Shown here in pieces: positions 59,682 through 64,000 of a DNA stretch of 64,000 nucleotides (its first letter is position 1; each line of letters starts with the position of its first letter). The DNA comes from Elainellaceae cyanobacterium (GTDB lineage: Bacteria > Cyanobacteriota > Cyanobacteriia > CAKZMO01): the NCBI GenBank assembly GCA_050331115.1, contig JBHJHD010000006.1:39522-103521 (forward strand), given 5' to 3'. The notes under the pieces are model-generated. The model searched no databases and was not told the origin of the DNA. It was given only the letters and a program-made list of their open reading frames with translations. The translations under genes and the position numbers were made by a program.

Positions 59682-60566
59682 CTAAGCCTGGGGCGACGGC
59701 TGCGCCAATACCCGGTTGAGCTTGCCGCTGCGGTAGCCCTCCAAATCCAGCGTCACGTACAGAAAACCCATCTCCCGAAACGCCGCCACCATAGCGTCGC
59801 GGTCCATATCTGTAACAAAAGCCGTAATCTCGTCCGGCGGCAGCTCAATACGGGCCGTATCCCCGTCCGAGCGCACCCGCAGGTCCCGGTACCCCAAGTT
59901 TCTCAAGTAGCGCTCCGCCTGCCCCACCCGGCGCAGCTTCTCAACAGTGATCGCCTCCCCGTAGGGAAACCGAGAGCTGAGGCAGGGCTGGCTTGGCTTA
60001 TCCCACCAGTCCAGGCCCAGCTGCCGGGAGATCAGCCGCACCTCTAGCTTAGTGATGCCCACTTCCGCTAAGGGCGATCGCGCCCCTCGCTCCTTTGCCG
60101 CCTGAATGCCGGGGCGATAGTCCTGCAGGTCGTCGGCGTTGACGCCGTCTACGACGTAGGGATAGCCCCGCTCTAGCGCTAGCGGCTTCAGGGTGTCGTG
60201 CAGCTCGCTTTTGCAGAAATAGCAGCGGTTGACGGGGTTGGACGCGTAGTTGGGGTTGTCGAGCTCGTGGGTGTGGACAATCTCGTGGCGAATGCCCATG
60301 GTCTCAGCCTGCTGCCGCGCCGCTTCTAGGTCTTCGGGCAGCAGGGAGGGGGAGTCGGCGGTGACGGCCAGGGCCTGGTCGCCCAGCGCATCGTGGGCCA
60401 CTTTGGCTACTAGGGCACTGTCGACGCCGCCCGAGTAAGCCACCAGGGCCTGCTGCATCTCGTTAAAAAGCGATCGCAGCTCGTCAAGCTTGGCTTGGGT
60501 GGGAGGGGCGTTGAGCGTCGGGAGATTGGACATAGTAGAAGGCTTTATAAAGCGGAGTGGCAACAA
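59682..60566 (-). CDS. larE: LarE-like ATP-dependent sulfur transferase (PP-loop); the start may be the ATG near 60533
   Basis: AYSGGVDS, RCYFCK, DYRPG, KPSQPCLSSRFPYG. Confidence 0.9.
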   Translation of the reverse strand: MLPLRFIKPSTMSNLPTLNAPPTQAKLDELRSLFNEMQQALVAYSGGVDSALVAKVAHDALGDQALAVTADSPSLLPEDLEAARQQAETMGIRHEIVHTHELDNPNYASNPVNRCYFCKSELHDTLKPLALERGYPYVVDGVNADDLQDYRPGIQAAKERGARSPLAEVGITKLEVRLISRQLGLDWWDKPSQPCLSSRFPYGEAITVEKLRRVGQAERYLRNLGYRDLRVRSDGDTARIELPPDEITAFVTDMDRDAMVAAFREMGFLYVTLDLEGYRSGKLNRVLAQPSPQA

Positions 60567-60733
60567 AGCGGTGGTCTTACTTGTCTAGGGTAGCGAATCT
60601 GTGTGAGATGGCGATCGCAGTCGGTGATGCAGTATTCAATATGTCGTATTCAGAGGGGGCCTGTGGCCCATAATCTGGTGGCGCTAGCACCGTGGCTAGG
60701 CGGGCTGGAAATCTGCTATATTAAAGCCCTGTT

Positions 60734-60806
60734 GCTGGTGTAGCTCAGTTGGTAGAGCAGCTGATTTGTAATCAGCCGGTCGCAAGTTCGAATCTTGTCA
60801 CCAGCT
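60734..60806 (+). tRNA. trnT: tRNA-Thr (anticodon TGT), CCA not encoded
   Basis: Acceptor stem GCTGGTG/CACCAGC; D arm AGCTCAGTTGGTAGAGC; anticodon arm CTGAT-TTGTAAT-CAG; T loop GTTCGAATC. Confidence 0.97.
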
Positions 60807-61388
60807 TTTCTCAAGGCTCTTAAGCCGTGGATACAGCATTTCCCATGCTGATGGAGTTGCCCAATGGCACCAAAGTCCGAACCACGTTATTTCTAGAGCT
60901 TTGCAAGAAGGAAATTTTTTATATGAGCGATCGCATCCAGCGATCTAGCTAAATCCGCCGGCTGTGGGCAATCCCTCGCAGCAGGTACAGTAAAATCAAG
61001 GGACTGGAGCAGGCAACCCTAAAAGCGGGGGGTAAGGGCGATCGCCGGCCAGCAGTGGGCCACTGCCACCTGTTCTGTAGCCGCTCGGGCCTTTGAGTTC
61101 GCCCAAAGCCGTAGCCGCACAGCGCGAATTGATGCTGGCGTGGAGCGTGCTGATGGCAGCCATTACAGCCTCAGTCATGACATCGTTGCTCAAACCCTTA
61201 CCACTGCCGCTAAGCGAGGCGATTTTGAGGTCATTCAGTGCAGCTTAGACGGTGCGATTTTGAGTGCAAGCTCATCCCTGTAAGCACTGTAAGATAGACT
61301 CCGCTACTCAGATCAGGCAGGCGATTCGATAAGATTCACCCAAGCTACCGCTTTTGAGCCTGGTTTCAATCGTCGTAGGAGCAAACCC

Positions 61389-63170
61389 TTGGTCCACTCT
61401 CAGCCTCAAGACACCTCCTCACTGCGGCATCTGCGGCGAGTGCTGGGCCGTCTCGTCACCTACCCCGGCTTAACCCTCGGCACCCTTGGCAGCGCCCTGC
61501 TTCTGGTGGTCGCCTACACCGCCACACCGCAGCTGTTTCGCTGGGCCATCGACCAGGGCATTGCCAAAGGCAATTTCACCGTCGTGCTGCGCAGCGGCAT
61601 GGGCCTGGTAATCGCCGCCGTGGCCCGAGGGCTGTTCAACTTTGGCCAGAGCTTCTGCGCCGAAGCCCTCTCCCAGAGCGTCGTCTACGACCTGCGCAAC
61701 CGCATCTTCAGCAAAATCCAAACCCTCAGCTTCAGCTACCACGACCAGGCCCAAACCTCACAGCTGCTCACCCGGGTCACCAGCGACATCGAGCAGATTC
61801 GCACCTTTTTGAGTACCAACCTGGTGCAGGTGATTAGCGGGGTAGCCACCCTGGTGGCGATCGCCGTGCTTTTGCTGCTCATGAACTGGGAGCTGGCCCT
61901 GATTAGCCTCATGGTAGTGCCCATCGCAGGATGGCTGATGGCAAGGTTTTTTAGCCAAAATTACCTGCTGTTTCGCCGGGTGCAGGAGCAGCTCAGCGAT
62001 CTGAACGGAGTGCTGCAGGAGAATCTGCTGGGGGTGCGGGTGGTGAAGGCCTTTGTGCGGGGGCCGGTGGAAACCGAACGCTATACCAATCTCAACCAGG
62101 AGCTGGTAGCCGCCAACCTGAAGACGGTTCAGGCCATTCGCAATACGTTTCCGTTCATGTTTTTGGCGAGCAACCTGGTGATTGTGGTGGTGATCGGCTA
62201 CGGCGGGGCGGCGGTGATTGACCAGCGCTTTTCGGTAGGTGAGCTGGTGGCCTTCAATGCCTACCTGCTGCTGATTTTGCAGCCGATTTTGCTGATCGGC
62301 TTTGCCGCCCCCGCGATCGCCCAGGCCGCCACGTCGGCGGAGCGGATCTATGAGGTGGTGGATGCCGAAGTCGAAATCAAGGATCGCCCCCAGGCCGTTC
62401 CCTTCGACGACTGCGGCGGCAGAATTACCTTTGAAGACGTCTCCTTCCGCTACCCCGGTGCCACCGCCCCGGCCCTGTGCCACATTTCCTTTGAAACCAA
62501 GCCCAACGAGCTAATCGCCATTTTGGGTATGACCGGCTCCGGGAAAAGCACCGTCACCAACCTGATTCCCCGCTTCTACGACGTAACGTCGGGGGCGGTG
62601 CGCATCGACGGACGGGATGTGCGGGACTTTACCCTCAAGAGTTTGCGATCGCGCATCAGCACGGTTTTTCAGGAGACGACTCTGTTCTCGGGCACCATTT
62701 TCTCCAACATCGCCTACGCCAAGCCCGAGGCTACGTTAGGTCAGGTGATTGAGGTGGCGAAAGCGGCCCAAATCCACGACTTTATCGTTGGCCTGCCTGA
62801 CGGCTACGACACCGTGGTCGGGGAGCGGGGGGTGGGGCTTTCTGGCGGCCAGAAGCAGCGAATTGCGATCGCCCGTACGCTGCTCACCGATTACAAGATT
62901 CTCATCCTGGATGACAGCACCTCTGCTGTAGATGCCCAAACCGCCGCTCAAATTCAGGCAGCGCTGGATGACCTGATGCGCCGCCGCACCTGTACGTCGT
63001 TTGTGGTGGCGCAGCGGATTAGCACGGTGCGGACGGCGGACCGGATTTTGCTGATGGATCGGGGGCGGCTGGTGGCCCAGGGGACCCATGAGGAGCTGAT
63101 GGCGAGCAGTCCACTTTATGGGGTTATTTTGGAGTCTCAGGTGGGGGCTGCGGCGGCGCTTACGGGGTGA
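61389..63170 (+). CDS. ABC exporter half-transporter (TMD+NBD) with degenerate catalytic residues
   Basis: Six TM segments; GMTGSGKST, LSGGQKQR, ILILDDSTS, VAQRIST. Confidence 0.93.
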   Translation: MVHSQPQDTSSLRHLRRVLGRLVTYPGLTLGTLGSALLLVVAYTATPQLFRWAIDQGIAKGNFTVVLRSGMGLVIAAVARGLFNFGQSFCAEALSQSVVYDLRNRIFSKIQTLSFSYHDQAQTSQLLTRVTSDIEQIRTFLSTNLVQVISGVATLVAIAVLLLLMNWELALISLMVVPIAGWLMARFFSQNYLLFRRVQEQLSDLNGVLQENLLGVRVVKAFVRGPVETERYTNLNQELVAANLKTVQAIRNTFPFMFLASNLVIVVVIGYGGAAVIDQRFSVGELVAFNAYLLLILQPILLIGFAAPAIAQAATSAERIYEVVDAEVEIKDRPQAVPFDDCGGRITFEDVSFRYPGATAPALCHISFETKPNELIAILGMTGSGKSTVTNLIPRFYDVTSGAVRIDGRDVRDFTLKSLRSRISTVFQETTLFSGTIFSNIAYAKPEATLGQVIEVAKAAQIHDFIVGLPDGYDTVVGERGVGLSGGQKQRIAIARTLLTDYKILILDDSTSAVDAQTAAQIQAALDDLMRRRTCTSFVVAQRISTVRTADRILLMDRGRLVAQGTHEELMASSPLYGVILESQVGAAAALTG

Positions 63171-63282
63171 GCTATGGTTGAGGCAGAGGTTTCTCTGTTG
63201 TTTTGGAGAGGCGTTGGTGTTGAGTGAGCGCTTAATGAACTTTTCTGCCTGAATTTACGTTCAGCTAGTCGGTTGGGTAGTC

Positions 63283-63696
63283 CTAAAGATGTAAGGATGC
63301 GTTGTAGTGATGGATAAAGTACCAGATGGCACCAATGTGATTCTCCAGCTTCTTTGAGAAGGACAGCGTCTTGCGTACCAGCCGCGAAACCCGCTGACGC
63401 AGAGTGCAGTTGAAGCGCTCTATACGGTTGGTTTTGCCACTATCCTTACCGACTACCCGGTGGCGTTTACTAGGAATCACCGTCTCGTAGGCCTCCCAAA
63501 AGTCGGTGTACACTACAGCACACTGGCGGTAGAGCGGTGGTAGCGATCGCCATAGGGCCTTTGCTCCCTCTCGACTGCGGTCGCCGATGTGAACACCGAC
63601 AATCTCGCGGCTCTGTTGGTCGATGGCAAGCCAAATCCACTGCTTGTTGCCTTTGCCTGTTACGAACGACCACGCCTCGTCGCGCTGGAGAGTCAA
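63283..63696 (-). CDS. insB: IS1 transposase InsB (DDE) frame
   Basis: DEAWSFV, YTDFWEAY, TNRIERFNCTLRQR; stop lies inside the inverted repeat. Confidence 0.9.
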   Translation of the reverse strand: MTLQRDEAWSFVTGKGNKQWIWLAIDQQSREIVGVHIGDRSREGAKALWRSLPPLYRQCAVVYTDFWEAYETVIPSKRHRVVGKDSGKTNRIERFNCTLRQRVSRLVRKTLSFSKKLENHIGAIWYFIHHYNASLHL

Positions 63697-63839
63697 TCGC
63701 CCTTTTTTTTGGGCTCACCTTGAGCTTGCGGCCGTCCGCAGGCTTTGCACTTGTGGTTCTGCTTGCCGTTATGAATGCTGCCGTTCTTGACGACTTGCTT
63801 AGAGCCGCAGCTCGGGCAAGGGGGCAATGACGATGGCAT
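63693..63839 (-). CDS. insA: Truncated IS1 InsA (zinc ribbon only, 48 aa)
   Basis: Hand translation MPSSLPPCPSCGSKQVVKNGSIHNGKQNHKCKACGRPQAQGEPKKKGD*; ends in the A-AAA-AAG slippery site. Confidence 0.8.
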   Translation of the reverse strand: MPSSLPPCPSCGSKQVVKNGSIHNGKQNHKCKACGRPQAQGEPKKKGD

Positions 63840-63939
63840 CTCTCGCTGTAGTCTGGCGTGTCTGCTCCTTCACCCTAGCGCTGAACTTCTATGACCAGAC
63901 CTCTCAAGCTCATCCTTACTACTTTAGGACTACCCATAT

Positions 63940-64000
63940 ATGGATTGGGAAACGCTGCTCTTTGAACGCGGCGCGTATAACCCGTTTCCTATGTCGTTTG
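63940..64000 (+). CDS. Possible 5' fragment of an ORF running off the window
   Basis: ATG at 63940 reads MDWETLLFERGAYNPFPMSF with no stop; too short to assign. Confidence 0.3.
   Translation, partial: MDWETLLFERGAYNPFPMSF

Larger units (their letters stand above)
63276..63934 (-). mobile_element. IS1-family element, internally deleted
   Basis: 24-bp terminal inverted repeats GGTAGTCCTAAAG(AT/TA)GTAAGGATG (22/24 identical) enclosing insA and insB frames. Confidence 0.9.

Overview
Cyanobacterial chromosome segment. Evidence: abundant HIP1 octamers GCGATCGC, psb28, hpnH, ctaCDE, and cyanobacteria-type hypothetical genes. It is GC-rich by eye; a filamentous Leptolyngbya/Nodosilinea-like host is an inference only. 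From left to right: a 3'-partial receiver-PAS-PAS signalling gene; an MNT/HEPN toxin-antitoxin pair; a GH13 glucosidase; a MarR/dioxygenase/GST/GGT detoxification neighbourhood; and a ~19.5 kb divergent polysaccharide locus (11220-30719). The minus arm of that locus carries three GT4s, an RTX-tailed protein with an uncharacterised domain, a kinase-dead Wzc, Wza, Wzy and Wzx. The plus arm is AT-richer and carries a DegT aminotransferase, a PhyH-type 2OG dioxygenase, an aldo-keto reductase, a second flippase and a WcaL-like GT. Housekeeping genes follow (hpnH, ctaCDE, rlmH, PP2C, pseudouridine synthase, sdhA, S41 protease, psb28, ppx, USP, LCP, MscS, M23, larE), then tRNA-Thr(TGT), a degenerate-site ABC half-transporter and an internally deleted IS1-family element. 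No CRISPR array, prophage or rRNA was seen. The best candidates for undescribed biology are the aminotransferase/dioxygenase/reductase sugar-tailoring cassette and the EPS export operon with a pseudokinase Wzc and an RTX-tailed unknown domain. All family calls come from motif recognition by eye, not from database searches.
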